The notes below the pieces were generated by a model that saw only the letters and a program-made list of their open reading frames with translations, did no database searches and was not told the origin of the DNA. The position numbers and the translations under genes were made by a program. A stretch of 64,000 bases of DNA from an uncultured delta proteobacterium (GTDB lineage: Bacteria > Desulfobacterota > Binatia > UBA9968): assembly GCA_963840855.1 (NCBI GenBank), contig CAWJBB010000058.1, forward strand, positions 42,057 through 106,056, written 5' to 3'. Every line of letters starts with the position of its first letter. Position 1 is the first letter of the stretch. Shown piece after piece: positions 40,251-52,291 of the stretch.

Positions 40251-43200
40251 ATGGCAACAACCCCAAAAAAAGTCGCGAAGAAATCAAAACCAAAGCCGCG
40301 CGCCGCGTCCTCGGCGGATGCTGTCTCGAAGCTGAAGAAGACCATCGCCGCGCAGGCGCAAGAAATTCGCGAGGGCGCCGAGCAGCAAACCGCGACCAGC
40401 GACATCCTGCGCATGATCGCCCGCTCGCCGGCAGACCTTCAGACGGTGCTCGATGCGATTGCCGAGCGAGCGGCGAAGCTGTGCGACGCGGCCGACGCTC
40501 TGGTGTGGCGGGTCGATGGCACTGTTCGACGCCTCGCGGCTCACTTTGGATCCGTTCCAACTGCAGTGAGCGTGGGTGCTGAAGAACATAACTCGGGTCG
40601 GACCGGAACCGTTGGCCGAGCTATGTTGGATCGCCAGACCATTCACGTACATGATCTTCTCGCTGCTGAGGCAGATTTCCCAGCTGCCAGGACCCGAGGA
40701 ATAGCACTTGGCGTTCGGACCACGCTCGTCACGCCCTTAATGCGCGACGGAATTGCCATCGGCGCTGTTCACATTCGCCGCCTGCAAGTCCGGCCATTCA
40801 CAGAAGGGCAAATCAAGCTGCTCGAAACCTTCGCCGACCAAGCGGTGATCGCGATCGAGAACGTTCGACTGTTCAAGGAATTGCAGGAACGCAACCGCGA
40901 CCTCACCGAAACACTGGAGCAACAGACGGCGACGAGTGAAATTCTTAGCGTGATCGCCAGCTCGCCCACGGATATCCAACCGGTCCTAGACACTGTGGCA
41001 GCAAATGCCGCCCGACTATGCGAGGCAACCGATGCACAGATTCGCCTCGTGGAGGGTGATGGAATCCGATTAGTGGCATCTTACGGAACTCTGCCAGCTC
41101 CGGAGTTTAGGTCTACGAGCCTACGAGGTCCCAGTAGCCGAGCGCTTCGTGACCGAGAGACCATACATGTTCACGATCTTTTGGAAGCAGCGAAAACCGA
41201 ATATCCCGAGAGTGAGGGCGCGCGCTTTGGAGTCCGGACTATTCTTTGTACGCCAATGCTAAGAGAGGGCGCTCCTATTGGTGTGATCACTATCAGGCGA
41301 ACGGAAGTTCGTCCATTCTCACACAGACAAATCAAGCTGCTGGAAACCTTCGCCTCCCAGGCCGTCATCGCGATCGAGAACGTGCGCTTGTTCAAGGCAC
41401 TTGAGGTGCGCAACTCAGAATTACGCGAGGCCCTGGAACATCAGACCGCAACGGCCGAGGTGCTCGGCATCATCAGCCGCTCGCCCACGGACGTGCAGCC
41501 AGTCCTCGATGCCATCGTCGAGAGCGCCGCTCGGGTTTGTGGAATTGATGACGTGGTGCTGCGACTCCACGAAGGGAACAATACCGTTCCGCGGGCTCAT
41601 TTTGGTCCCATGGCCATTAACCGAATCGAGATCAGTATTGACGAGCCACGGTTTCGCTGGCTGCGCGAACATGGCACGCTCCACGTTCCCGACGTCCGCG
41701 AGCGGAACGAACTCCAACTCGGGCTTGTCGGAGGCTGGCGTACCCTCTTGTCCGTTCCACTTCGTCAGCAAAGGGAACTCATCGGATCGCTGAACGCGCG
41801 GCGCATCGAGGTGCGCCCCTTTACCCCCGTGCAGATCAAGCTACTCGAAACCTTCGCAGACCAGGCGGTGATCGCCATCGAAAACGTGCGGCTGTTCCAA
41901 GAGCTTACTGAGTCACTGGAGCAGCAGACTGCGACGAGTGAAATCTTGGGCGTCATTGCTAGCTCGCCGACGGATATTCAGCCGGTGCTCGATGTTGTTG
42001 CCGAAAACGCGGCGCGGCTTTGTGACGCAACTGATGCTCAGATCATTCGTGTCGAGGGTGATTTCACTCGGACTGTGGCCTCCTATGGAACACAACCCGG
42101 ACACGGGCGTGAGGATAAACGCCCAATCACCCGCGGCAGGGTAGCCAGCCGGGCCATCACTGACCGGCAGACGATTCATATTCACGATCTCGCCGCGGAG
42201 AGCGACAGCGAGTTTGCGGAAAGCAAGATCTTACAAAAGCGTTTCGGGACTCGGACTATTCTTGCCACGCCTTTGCAGCGTGAGGGCGTACCCATCGGCG
42301 CGATCGCCATTCGGCGAACCGACGTCCGTCCGTTTACGGATAAGCAGATTAAACTGCTTGAGACTTTCGCCGATCAAGCTGTAATCGCCATCGAGAACGT
42401 CCGCTTGTTTAAAGAACTCGGCGAGCGCAACGCGGAATTGCGGGAAGCCTTGGAGCATCAGACGGCAACCGCCGAGGTGCTCGGCATCATCAGCCGCTCG
42501 CCCACCGACGTGCAGCCGGTCCTCGACGCCATCGTCGAGGGCGCAGCCCGGGTTTGTGGGATTGATGACGTAATAATGCGACTCCAAGAGGGGACCACTA
42601 ATGTTGCGCGGGCTCATTTCGGTTCCATACCCATCCGCAGCGTCGAGATCACTATTGATGAACCACGGTTTCGTTGGATGCGCGAGCATGGCGCGCTCCA
42701 TGTTCCCGACGTCCTCGAGCAAAACGATTTCCCAACGTTAGGCTCCGCCGGCATCTTTCGCACCTACTTGGCCGCTCCCCTTCGTCAGCACGGGGAAGTC
42801 GTTGGAACGCTGAGCGCGCGTCGCACCGAGGTGCGCCCCTTTACTCCAGCACAGATCAAGCTCCTTGAGACCTTCGCCGATCAGGCGGTGATCGCCATCG
42901 AGAACGTGCGGCTATTCAACGAGCTAAAAGAGTCATTGGAGCAGCAAACCGCGACGAGTGAAATATTGGGCGTTATCGCCAGCTCGCCGACGGACCTACA
43001 ACCGGTGCTGGATGTGGTCGCAGAAACCGCAGCGCGTCTATGTAACTCCCATGATGCTCAGATCTATCGCCTTGAGGGCGACATCGTGCGCAAAGTGGCG
43101 AGCCACGGAGTCGTCTCTACAGCCCTTGAGCTTGGGGAGATCCGACCGATCAGTCGTGGTTCCGCGAGCGGCCGCGCCATTCTCGACCGGCAGACAATCC

Positions 43201-45758
43201 ACATTCATGACATGCTGACCGAGCGCGAAGAGGACTACCCGGACGTCTGGCATGCCGTCCAGCGCGACGGTATTCGGACGGTACTGTTCGTCCCACTTCT
43301 GCGCGAAGGTGTTCCCATCGGGGCGATTGGCATTCGCCGACTTGAGGTCCGTCCGTTTTCTGAGAAGCAGATCGCACTCCTTAAAACCTTTGCCGATCAG
43401 GCGGTAATCGCCATCGAGAACGTGCGGTTGTTCAACGAACTCGAAGCTCGGAATCGCCAACTCACCGAAGCCCTAGAGCAGCAAACCGCCACGAGTGAAA
43501 TCCTTGGTGTAATTGCCAGCTCACCGACGGATATTCAGCCGGTGCTGGATGCGGTAGCTGAAAGTGCCGCACGACTGTGCGACTGCGTTGATGCCCAGAT
43601 TTATCGCGTCGAAGGTAACATCCAGCGCAAGGTGGCGAGCCACGGGATCGTTTCCCCCGTGCTTGCGGTTGGCGAGAGCCGCCCGATCAGCCGTGGGTCC
43701 GTAAGTGGTCGTGCCATCGTCGACCGGCGGCCAGTGCATATTCATGACATGCTAGCCGAGAACGAGGAGGACTACCCGGATACTTGGCGCGCTGTCGAGC
43801 GGCTAGGACTTCGGACGGTGCTGGCCGTCCCGCTTATGCGTGAAGATATTCCCGTCGGATCCATCACGATCCGTCGCCCGGAGGTTAGGCCCTTCACAGA
43901 TAAACAAATTGCTCTTCTGAAGACCTTCGCTGACCAGGCAGTGATCGCCATCGAGAACGTGCGATTGTTCCAAGAGCTTACCGAAGCGTTGGAGCGCCAG
44001 ACTGCGACGAGTGAAATTTTGGGCGTGATTGCCAGCTCGCCGACTGATGTGCAACCAGTGTTGAACGTGGTGGCTGAGAATGCCGCGCGACTGTGTGATG
44101 CAAATAATGCTGTGATCATGCGCGTGTTTGGCGACCGCTTCCAAATGGCGGCGTACTGGGGTGATGTGCCAGAATCCAGCAGATCGAATCCAATCAGTTA
44201 TCCGACTAGTCGTGGCATCCCGATTGGGAGAGCCATTTTGGACCGGCAGATAATCCATATCGATGATCTCTTGGCTAAAATCGATACTGAATATCCTGAC
44301 GCTAGAGAGTCACAGAATATTAATTCGACTCGAACAGTCCTTGCAGCCCCTTTACTGCGTGAGGGAGTTCCGATTGGCGCTATTTTAGTCCGTCGGCGAG
44401 AGGTTCGTCCCTTCAGTGATAAGCAGATCGCCCTTCTAAAGACCTTTGCCGACCAGGCAGTGATTGCCATTGAGAACGTGCGCCTGTTTCAAGAGTTGCA
44501 GATGCGCACGGGGGAACTGGCCCGGTCAGTGGAAGAGTTGAAGGCGTTGGGAGAGGTCGGCCAAGCAGTTAGCTCTACGCTGGAGCTGGAAACAGTGTTG
44601 GCGCGCATTGCCTCACACGCTGTCCAACTTAGTGGAGCCGATGGGGGCGCAATCTACGAATACGAAGAAAGCACGGAGGAATTCCATCTTAGGGGCAGTC
44701 ACCAGATTGAGAAGGAGTTGGTTGAGGCGCTGCGCTCCAGCCCGATCCAACTAGGTTGGGGCGCGGTTGGGCAAGCGGCGACAACACGAGCGCCAGTCGA
44801 AGTCGCAGATATACTTGACGAGCGGCAGTATGCTGCCACACGATTTCGGCCCATGCTACGACAACTTGGGTATCGGTCGTTGCTCGCGGTGCCGCTTCTG
44901 CGTGAAAATCGAATTATGGGAGGGCTGACTATCTATCGTCGCAGGACGGGAAGTTTTTCAACTGAAGTTGTAAACCTTCTGCAGACCTTTGCCACACAAT
45001 CAGTCTTGGCGATCCAAAACGCGCGGCTGTTCCGTGAGATCGAAGACAAGAGCCGACAGATCGAGGCCGCCAACCGCCACAAGTCAGAATTCCTAGCCAA
45101 CATGTCCCACGAGCTGCGCACGCCGCTAAATGCCATCATCGGCTTCTCTGAGGTATTGGGCGAGAGAATGTTCGGCGATCTCAACGAGAAACAAGCCGAA
45201 TACACCGAGGATATCCTTTCCTCCGGGCGCCATCTTTTATCCCTCATTAATGAGATTCTCGATCTCTCCAAGGTCGAAGCCGGCCGCATGGAGCTTGAGC
45301 TGGCTGCGTTCGATCTCCCCTTGGCCATAGACAACGCACGAACCTTTGTGCGCGAGCGCGCCACCCGGCATGGCATCACATTGGACGTCACTGTTGACGA
45401 GCGCCTTGGAGAGTTTGTCGGTGATGAGCGGAAGATCAAGCAGATACTTCTCAATCTGCTATCCAACGCGGTGAAGTTCACGCCGGAGGGCGGTCGGATC
45501 GGAATTAAGGCCAGGCAGGCTGACGGTGCCGTAGAGATTTCCGTAAGTGACACCGGTGTCGGCATTGCCCCAGAGGATCAGGCAAGGATCTTCGAGGAAT
45601 TTCGCCAGGTGGGGGCCGACTACGCGCACAAGAGCGAGGGGACGGGGCTTGGGTTGACGCTGGCCAAGAAATTTGTCGAGCTGCATGGCGGGAGGATCTG
45701 GGTGGAGAGTGAAGTGGGCAAAGGCAGTAAGTTCACGTTCACGCTGCCGGTGCACTAA
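40251..45758 (+). CDS. Cytoplasmic sensor histidine kinase with 9 tandem GAF domains
   Basis: Nine GAF repeats; kinase core nearly identical to that of 34453-38466. Confidence 0.93.
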   Translation: MATTPKKVAKKSKPKPRAASSADAVSKLKKTIAAQAQEIREGAEQQTATSDILRMIARSPADLQTVLDAIAERAAKLCDAADALVWRVDGTVRRLAAHFGSVPTAVSVGAEEHNSGRTGTVGRAMLDRQTIHVHDLLAAEADFPAARTRGIALGVRTTLVTPLMRDGIAIGAVHIRRLQVRPFTEGQIKLLETFADQAVIAIENVRLFKELQERNRDLTETLEQQTATSEILSVIASSPTDIQPVLDTVAANAARLCEATDAQIRLVEGDGIRLVASYGTLPAPEFRSTSLRGPSSRALRDRETIHVHDLLEAAKTEYPESEGARFGVRTILCTPMLREGAPIGVITIRRTEVRPFSHRQIKLLETFASQAVIAIENVRLFKALEVRNSELREALEHQTATAEVLGIISRSPTDVQPVLDAIVESAARVCGIDDVVLRLHEGNNTVPRAHFGPMAINRIEISIDEPRFRWLREHGTLHVPDVRERNELQLGLVGGWRTLLSVPLRQQRELIGSLNARRIEVRPFTPVQIKLLETFADQAVIAIENVRLFQELTESLEQQTATSEILGVIASSPTDIQPVLDVVAENAARLCDATDAQIIRVEGDFTRTVASYGTQPGHGREDKRPITRGRVASRAITDRQTIHIHDLAAESDSEFAESKILQKRFGTRTILATPLQREGVPIGAIAIRRTDVRPFTDKQIKLLETFADQAVIAIENVRLFKELGERNAELREALEHQTATAEVLGIISRSPTDVQPVLDAIVEGAARVCGIDDVIMRLQEGTTNVARAHFGSIPIRSVEITIDEPRFRWMREHGALHVPDVLEQNDFPTLGSAGIFRTYLAAPLRQHGEVVGTLSARRTEVRPFTPAQIKLLETFADQAVIAIENVRLFNELKESLEQQTATSEILGVIASSPTDLQPVLDVVAETAARLCNSHDAQIYRLEGDIVRKVASHGVVSTALELGEIRPISRGSASGRAILDRQTIHIHDMLTEREEDYPDVWHAVQRDGIRTVLFVPLLREGVPIGAIGIRRLEVRPFSEKQIALLKTFADQAVIAIENVRLFNELEARNRQLTEALEQQTATSEILGVIASSPTDIQPVLDAVAESAARLCDCVDAQIYRVEGNIQRKVASHGIVSPVLAVGESRPISRGSVSGRAIVDRRPVHIHDMLAENEEDYPDTWRAVERLGLRTVLAVPLMREDIPVGSITIRRPEVRPFTDKQIALLKTFADQAVIAIENVRLFQELTEALERQTATSEILGVIASSPTDVQPVLNVVAENAARLCDANNAVIMRVFGDRFQMAAYWGDVPESSRSNPISYPTSRGIPIGRAILDRQIIHIDDLLAKIDTEYPDARESQNINSTRTVLAAPLLREGVPIGAILVRRREVRPFSDKQIALLKTFADQAVIAIENVRLFQELQMRTGELARSVEELKALGEVGQAVSSTLELETVLARIASHAVQLSGADGGAIYEYEESTEEFHLRGSHQIEKELVEALRSSPIQLGWGAVGQAATTRAPVEVADILDERQYAATRFRPMLRQLGYRSLLAVPLLRENRIMGGLTIYRRRTGSFSTEVVNLLQTFATQSVLAIQNARLFREIEDKSRQIEAANRHKSEFLANMSHELRTPLNAIIGFSEVLGERMFGDLNEKQAEYTEDILSSGRHLLSLINEILDLSKVEAGRMELELAAFDLPLAIDNARTFVRERATRHGITLDVTVDERLGEFVGDERKIKQILLNLLSNAVKFTPEGGRIGIKARQADGAVEISVSDTGVGIAPEDQARIFEEFRQVGADYAHKSEGTGLGLTLAKKFVELHGGRIWVESEVGKGSKFTFTLPVH

Positions 45759-46300
45759 GAATATTCTCGCGCAAAGGCGCAAAGACGCCAAGGTAGGACA
45801 TCAAATAAGAGATGGAAAGGGCGCGGCCTTTGCGTGCTTGGCGGCTTGGCGGGATAAATCCGATTCCGGAGAAGAGTATCCTCGCGCAAAGGCTCAAAGG
45901 ACGCCAAGTTCGGAGAATTAGTTAATGGGTTTTCTTCGTCGACTTTTCTTAAACTTCGCGGCTTGGCGTTTTGGCGGGAGATAAATCCGATTCCGGAGAA
46001 GAGTATCCTCGCGCAAAGCATCTCCTGAGCTACGTCGAAGGGGCGCAAAGACGCCAAGGTGGCGGGCTAAGGCCCGTCATCCCGAGCAAATGCGAGGGAT
46101 CTAAGAAGGATTTCTCCCGTCGGTCGAAATGACAACAAATCCAAACTTCGCGGCTTGGCGCGAGACTCGTGGTTCGTGTTCGTGGTACGTGTCCCGTCGA
46201 GCACGAGCACGGGAAACGAGCACGATTTTCGCGCAAAGACGTGGTTCGATAGACTCGCCACCCCGAGCAAGGTTGTAGGGCCAAGCACGCCAAGTTCGGA
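45759..46300. repeat. Stack of small intergenic repeats
   Basis: Several CGCGCAAAG..GCCAAG units; direct repeat GATAAATCCGATTCCGGAGAAGAGTATCCTCGCGCAAAG; CCTGAGCTACGTCGAAGG; GAGCACGA units. Confidence 0.7.
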
Positions 46301-46311
46301 GAAAGACGGTA

Positions 46312-47299
46312 ATGCAATTTACGAGAGTCATAGGTTTGCTGGTATTTCTCTCGGCGTCCTGGTTCGCGCCACTAGTTTCTGAAGCCGCGACGCCTGCGCC
46401 CAGGGCACCGATTCGTTTGCGCATCAGCTACAGCTCGCCCATCGGTGTCATGGCGCCGCTGTGGATGGCCGCGGAGTCCGGCGCCTTCAAACGCGAAGCC
46501 CTGGATGTCGAGATGGTGCTCGTCGAGGGGCGTGCCGCCATCGCCGCGCTGATTGCCAAAGAAGTCGACTCCGTGCAAATTTCGATGCCAGCGATCGTGC
46601 CCGCCGCCATTGCCGGCGGCGACATTACAATGATCGCCGGCTTGCTTACCAAAATGATTTTTTCGTTGCACGCCCAGAAGGAAATCAAAAATGCCGAGCA
46701 ACTGCGCGGCAAAGTCTTCGGCTCTGACAGAGTGGGCACGCCATCGGATTATGGCGGGCGAATGGCGCTGTCGCTACTCGGCCTGAAGCCCGAAGCCGAT
46801 TTCGCTTCCGTGCTGCGCATCGGCGGCACGAATTTCTTGTGGCCGTCCCTTCTGGCCGGACAAATCGCGGCGGCGCCGCTCACGCCGCCGCAAAGCTTCA
46901 CCGCCGACGCTTTGGGTTTCACACGTTTGGTGAATACCTATCATTTGCCGTACCAAAATATTGGCATCGTCGTGCGCAAATCCGAAGTCGAGGCCAAGGC
47001 CGAAGGCTGGCTCCGCTTGCTGCGCGCCATGCGCGAAGGCATCAAACGCTGGCACGACGATCCGAAATTGGCGCGCGACGTGCTGACGAAGTATACGAAA
47101 GAAAAGGATCCTGACAAGCTGCAAAAGACTTACGAATTTTTCTCCAAGCAAGCGGGCTTCAGCGACGACTTGCAGATCACCGACCAGGGCACCCAGCAGA
47201 TTCTGAGACTTTCTCGGCTCCACGGTGCTGCCAGCCACGAAAGGAACGTCGCCGAAACAGTTCTACGACACGCGGATTCTGGAAAAGCTGGGCAAGTGA
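46312..47299 (+). CDS. ABC transporter substrate-binding protein (NMT1/SsuA-like), frameshift near 47205
   Basis: Signal peptide, APLWMA, QLRGKVFG; the natural tail FYDTRILEKLGK* is in another frame. Confidence 0.8.
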
Positions 47300-47736
47300 A
47301 TAATCTCGGCAGGGTCAAATATAAATCGGTTCAACCGCCGACAGGAACACCTTGCCTCCGCATACGATGTTCGAGAGTAGCGCGGGATGCCGCTGCTGTT
47401 TACGCGCTGTATCCATTGGTTGACGCCCCTGCCTCGGCAATGCTCAGGGATATCCGTGGCTGGCGCCCACCGACGAGAAAATGTTGTCTGATTTTTCAAC
47501 TACTTGGGAGGCACCGCAAGCGAGAATCGGGTAAATGCAATGCAGCGCAGTTATTGAATACAAGACGGTCTGTCATTTGCTCTAGGGTATTATTATTAAC
47601 ACGGGAAGCCGATGTACGGCTCCCGCGCAATTCTCGAACGTCCGCGGGCTAATAAGATTCGGCAACCACGGCTGCCGGATTTGATTATGGAAGAAAACCC
47701 GCGGCCGGGCATAGACCCGAGGCGGTGCGGCCGACT

Positions 47737-50544
47737 ATGACTCGGTTATTGATCCTCATAACCCTTTTGTGCGTGCTAAATGCGCTGCCGCCGGTTGCTG
47801 CGATCTGGAAGACGTCAAACAATGCGCTGGCTGACACTGCGTCGGATCGCCCACCTTCAAAACAGCAATTGCAAACCCCGCAGAGGCTGCTAAGACCGGA
47901 CATCCCCCAACAACGACTGCAGCAGAGGGTGCCGGCAGTACCAGATACTCAAACTGATTCTCCCCTGAGACAGCAATTGCAACCCCCGCAGAGGCTGCTG
48001 AGACCGGACGTGATCCCACAAAGAGGCCAGCAGACAGAATCGGCAGCACCGAAAGCCGAAATCAATCCTCCGCGCCAAGTGGTAACCCAGGGTCAGCCGG
48101 CCATATTCGACAGCAAGGCGACTGCCGATCCGGATATGCCAATTACCGTTCATCAATGGAGCGGTCCGAACGGCCAAACCTCGAATAGACAGCGCTTCGT
48201 CGTCGATACCACAAATCTCAAACCATCCACTTATCCGGTAACTCTCATCGTCCGCGATCGGCAGCAGCGGCAAGGCCTGGATCGCGCCATGTTAGTCGTG
48301 GAAGCAAAGCCGCGGGACGACGTTGGTACGGATACCCGGCCCCCGGTGGCGAGAATCAGTCCCGATCGCACTCGGGTGAATCAGGGGACGCCCGTGAGAT
48401 TTTTCAGCACCTCGTATCACCCCGATAGCAAAAGAAAAATCATCCGCACCCTATGGCAAACTTCATGGGGTCAAAAAGTCTCGGGAGATTACATCGATAT
48501 CGACACCCACGGACTCAATCCCGGCGAATACAGCGTTGTTCTCAACGTCGTCGATGATGGCCGAGCTTCTAATTCCGCTAAGGCAATCCTGGTAATCGAA
48601 GCGGCAAAAGCGCTCATGCCCCCCGTAGCGATAATCACTCCCGATCATAGGAGTGTGGATCAAGGTGGGCGTGTGAATTTTGCCGACGCCTCCTATCACC
48701 CGAATAGGGAGACGAAAATCGTGAGCCGGCGCTGGAACACTCAATGGGGACAAACACATGGGAACAATACCCTGAGCGTCGATACCGCGCCACTTCCGCC
48801 TGGAACTTACTGGATAACCCTCGAAGTCGTTGATCAACATAAAAAAACCGATCGCGCTAGAGCCGCTCTCGAGATCTTGCGGGCTGCGCAGCCGCAGCAG
48901 CCGCCCATAGCCCGAATCACGCCCAGGCGAATCGAAGTTCAACAGCGCGAACCGGCGCGTTTCGATGGCAGCCAATCAACCGATGCCGACGGTAAAATTC
49001 GCGCCTGGACCTGGAGCCTCAACGGCAAACCCATCGATCAAAAGCCATCGGCTCAAATCGACACGCGCGAACTCAGCCCCGGCGAATATAGAATTCGTCT
49101 GGAAGTTAAGGACGATCAAGGTCTCACCGCGCGCGATGAGGCGCTGCTCATCGTCGTCGAACCGCCGCGGGATGTCGATGCCGCGGTTGTCCAGCTCGAT
49201 GTGTCGCCAGAGCCGGTAGCGCCGAACCGGGAAGTCCAGATTCGAGCCATGGTGGCCAACCGGGGAAAAGATGCGTTGCGCAATCTGCCGGTCAGGTTTG
49301 AGACCGGCGCAACACGAATTGCGGAGAAAATACTTGCTTCACTTGCTGGCGGAGAGACGCAGGAAGTTACCGCCGTCTGGATTCCCAAATCCAGCGGCAC
49401 ACAGTCCATCGTTGCCACCGTTAATCCCGACAATCAGCCGCCCGAATCCAACAGGGTAAACAATGTCCGCCGCCGCGCCATTGTGGTTCTCACGGCGCCG
49501 GTCATCAAAATCGCGCCAAGTCCTCTGGAAGTACGCCAAGGCGACACGGCGAAATTTACTGGACAGGCCACCTTTCCCGGGCAACAAGGCGGCCGAGAGG
49601 TGAAATATTTCTGGCGCGGTCCGGGCAATCGCGCCGGGCAAGGCGCGGAATTTCAGCTCGACACCATTGAACTAGCGCCGGGGGATTACAAAATCGTTCT
49701 CGAAATTTCAGACGGCAGCGGATTCAAAGCCACTGCTGACACGACATTGACGGTGCGCGGCGCGAAGGCCGAAGTATGGCTCGCCGCTGATAACCAGAGT
49801 CCTGCGACCGGCGCGGACGTCAGATTCACTGCCGGCACCCGGCCTGCGTTGAAACAAGTGCAGTACAAGTTCATTTTCGGCGACGATAAACAGACCGAGT
49901 GGAGCGCCGGCGCCGAAGCAGTCCATCGCTACGAGAAGTCGGGAGATTATACCGCACGATTGCTGGCGCGACGTAGCGGTGTGGATCTCGGTGAAAAATC
50001 TATCGGTATCAGCGTAAAAGACATCTATGCGGTCTCATTACGAACTGAAACGGAATCCGTACGTGCCGGCGATCCCCTGGCATTTATCGCCAACGTCGAA
50101 CCATCCGCCGATGACATCGAGTATCTCTTCCGGTTCGGCGATGGCCGGGATTCAGGTTGGACGCGCAGCCCTACGGTGTCTCATTCCTACTCGGGAGACG
50201 GCGCTTACACGGCAACCGTCGAGGCTCGGATTCGCGGCTCCCGAACCATCCCCGGCCCTGTCATTCGCGTGAGTGTTTCAACGCCGGCCTCGCTTCCATG
50301 GTTTTGGCTTGGCGCCGGCCTGGCTGCTCTTGCGGCGGCAAGCGCGGCTTACATGCGAAAAACTCGGCCCATTAAAATCGCCGGTGGTTTTTCCATCGTG
50401 CCCGAATTGAACCTTGAACAGCTTCACGTAGGGGCCCAAGGCAAGTTGAATTCCGGCTGCGCCATCGGCTTGCGAGCGGTGCGCGGGCAAAGCCGGTTTG
50501 ATATCGAAGCCTCGGAACCGCTCGTCAAGAGCCGAAACGGATGA
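47737..50544 (+). CDS. Surface protein with multiple PKD domains, a CARDB domain and a C-terminal TM anchor
   Basis: Signal peptide; PP.A.I.P...PG.Y.V.L.V.D repeats; FGDG...HSY...G.YTA; DPDN/PESN..NN CARDB-type motif; TM segment near the C-terminus. Confidence 0.8.
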   Translation: MTRLLILITLLCVLNALPPVAAIWKTSNNALADTASDRPPSKQQLQTPQRLLRPDIPQQRLQQRVPAVPDTQTDSPLRQQLQPPQRLLRPDVIPQRGQQTESAAPKAEINPPRQVVTQGQPAIFDSKATADPDMPITVHQWSGPNGQTSNRQRFVVDTTNLKPSTYPVTLIVRDRQQRQGLDRAMLVVEAKPRDDVGTDTRPPVARISPDRTRVNQGTPVRFFSTSYHPDSKRKIIRTLWQTSWGQKVSGDYIDIDTHGLNPGEYSVVLNVVDDGRASNSAKAILVIEAAKALMPPVAIITPDHRSVDQGGRVNFADASYHPNRETKIVSRRWNTQWGQTHGNNTLSVDTAPLPPGTYWITLEVVDQHKKTDRARAALEILRAAQPQQPPIARITPRRIEVQQREPARFDGSQSTDADGKIRAWTWSLNGKPIDQKPSAQIDTRELSPGEYRIRLEVKDDQGLTARDEALLIVVEPPRDVDAAVVQLDVSPEPVAPNREVQIRAMVANRGKDALRNLPVRFETGATRIAEKILASLAGGETQEVTAVWIPKSSGTQSIVATVNPDNQPPESNRVNNVRRRAIVVLTAPVIKIAPSPLEVRQGDTAKFTGQATFPGQQGGREVKYFWRGPGNRAGQGAEFQLDTIELAPGDYKIVLEISDGSGFKATADTTLTVRGAKAEVWLAADNQSPATGADVRFTAGTRPALKQVQYKFIFGDDKQTEWSAGAEAVHRYEKSGDYTARLLARRSGVDLGEKSIGISVKDIYAVSLRTETESVRAGDPLAFIANVEPSADDIEYLFRFGDGRDSGWTRSPTVSHSYSGDGAYTATVEARIRGSRTIPGPVIRVSVSTPASLPWFWLGAGLAALAAASAAYMRKTRPIKIAGGFSIVPELNLEQLHVGAQGKLNSGCAIGLRAVRGQSRFDIEASEPLVKSRNG

Positions 50545-50551
50545 GGTTGAT

Positions 50552-51139
50552 ATGTCAAGCAACACGCTCAACGATTTTTTCGGCATCTCGGTGAAAGGAT
50601 TTTGGGACGATATTCTTGGCAAGCTCCAAAGCGGCGGCTCTTTGTCCGAACTCAAAGAAAGAGTGATCGGTCAGATGACGCCGGAGCACTGGCCCAACGT
50701 CGCTTCCGGACTCGGCGATAAGGTCAGTGAACTCTTCGACGTGGACGTCGGCTTGCTGCTCGTGTCCGCCTGGTGCAAGTACGGCGAACTGAGAGAATAC
50801 GCCGATTCGAAAAAGCACTCACCCAGTGAAAGCACACTGGTGCCCCTCGGTAAGCACACGTTGAAGGTCGTCTACTCGCCCTATCTCGAAATATTGTTCA
50901 ACGGGCGGCCGCTGGGCAAAGTAGTCTTCGATGTTACACTGTCTTTAGATTTAGAAGGCTTTGTCCTGACGATTCAGAACGGAAAAATCATGAAAGTGCG
51001 CACCGGCACCTGCCAGGGCAGCGGCAAGATCGAGTATCACGATCGCACGCTCTTAAAAAAGGCTCTCACCAAGTTTTCATTGCCCGGCACCATCGAGCTA
51101 AAGGAAGGCATCAGCCTGGGACGCGGTGACGACGCGTGA
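50552..51139 (+). CDS. Hypothetical protein coupled to the PKD protein
   Basis: GAGG RBS overlapping the upstream stop; helical N-terminal half, beta-rich C-terminal half. Confidence 0.7.
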   Translation: MSSNTLNDFFGISVKGFWDDILGKLQSGGSLSELKERVIGQMTPEHWPNVASGLGDKVSELFDVDVGLLLVSAWCKYGELREYADSKKHSPSESTLVPLGKHTLKVVYSPYLEILFNGRPLGKVVFDVTLSLDLEGFVLTIQNGKIMKVRTGTCQGSGKIEYHDRTLLKKALTKFSLPGTIELKEGISLGRGDDA

Positions 51140-51275
51140 AAACGCCGGGTCGGATCTGCGAGCGCCGAAACAATTCTATCACACGCGGATACTTGACAAG
51201 TTGAGCAAGTGATTCGGCGCTGCGGCCTGATTGCCCGCATGGCCGATTGACAACTCCAGAGGTCGCCCGCCGGAC

Positions 51276-52241
51276 TCACGCAAAGGCGGTGCCCACCGGC
51301 CGCAACGCGAAAAAAGTATCGAAAATACAATGGTCCACGGCATTGAGCTTGGTCTGCAGGGCATCGAGAAACTCATGCAAGCCGCGCGACATGATCTGTT
51401 GCCTGTCGGTATAGGCCAGCTCGGCGCGCAGTTGGCCGAGCCGCTGCTCGGCGGAATTGCGGTAGGTGCCGACGGGCGTCCCCGAAATAGCATGGAGCGA
51501 GTCGTTCGCCTCGGTCAGGCAGTAATGGATGGAGCGGGGGAATTCCCCGTCGAGCACAAGAAATTCAACGATGTCTTCCGGCACGATGTGGCCATGCCTT
51601 TTGCGGTACATTTCCAGGGCGCTGGCCGAACGCAGCACGGCGGCCCATTGGATATCATCCAGCGGCGTTCCCACGTCGGCGACCGAAGGCAACAAGATGA
51701 AATATTTCACGTCGAGCAATCGGGAGGTCTTATCGGCGCGCTCCAGTAAACGGCCCATGCGGTAGAAATGCCAGCCTTCTCCGTGCAACATGGTCGCCTC
51801 GGCCACGCCGTCGAACAGATGGCTGGTATTTTTGACCTCGGTAAAAAAACTATAAGGAGAGTGAATCAGCGTCTGGTTCGAAGCCGCGGCGCTGACCGTC
51901 AGATAACTGGTGTTGACCTGTTCCCACATTTCCGAGGAAATGACTTCCCTGACGGTGCGCGCGTTCTCGCGGGCGGCCCGCAAACAAGACAGGATCGAGT
52001 TGGGGTTTTCGCCGTCCAAGGCGAGAAATTTTATGACACCTTCCCGCGTCGGCGCCGAATAGCGTTTCTGGAACGCCGCATCGTCGCCGGAGATACTCAC
52101 CAGCGGCTGCCACTGCTGGTTCAAGCCGCTGGGCAGATCGAGCATCATTTGCAGATTGACATCGATGAAACGAGCGACGTTTTCGGCTCGTTCCATATAT
52201 CGGCTCAACCAGTATATAGAGTTGGCGACGCGACTCAGCAT
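51276..52241 (-). CDS. Alpha-E domain protein (DUF403)
   Basis: MLSRVANSIYWLSRYMERAENVAR; GRLLERADKTSR; FPRS. Confidence 0.92.
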   Translation of the reverse strand: MLSRVANSIYWLSRYMERAENVARFIDVNLQMMLDLPSGLNQQWQPLVSISGDDAAFQKRYSAPTREGVIKFLALDGENPNSILSCLRAARENARTVREVISSEMWEQVNTSYLTVSAAASNQTLIHSPYSFFTEVKNTSHLFDGVAEATMLHGEGWHFYRMGRLLERADKTSRLLDVKYFILLPSVADVGTPLDDIQWAAVLRSASALEMYRKRHGHIVPEDIVEFLVLDGEFPRSIHYCLTEANDSLHAISGTPVGTYRNSAEQRLGQLRAELAYTDRQQIMSRGLHEFLDALQTKLNAVDHCIFDTFFALRPVGTAFA

Positions 52242-52291
52242 GGCTCAATCCGCCGGCACCGCGGCTGCTCCCTGATTTTAAAAAGCTTCCC

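Noticed and set aside
34453-45758. Regularly spaced DNA repeats as CRISPR or DGR template/variable repeats
   Set aside because: They are in-frame GAF linkers ~500 bp apart; no cas or reverse transcriptase gene, and no adenine-specific mismatch pattern is evident.
47300-47652. C-terminal extension of the 446-aa binding-protein ORF
   Set aside because: Artefact of the frameshift near 47205; the natural end is at 47299.
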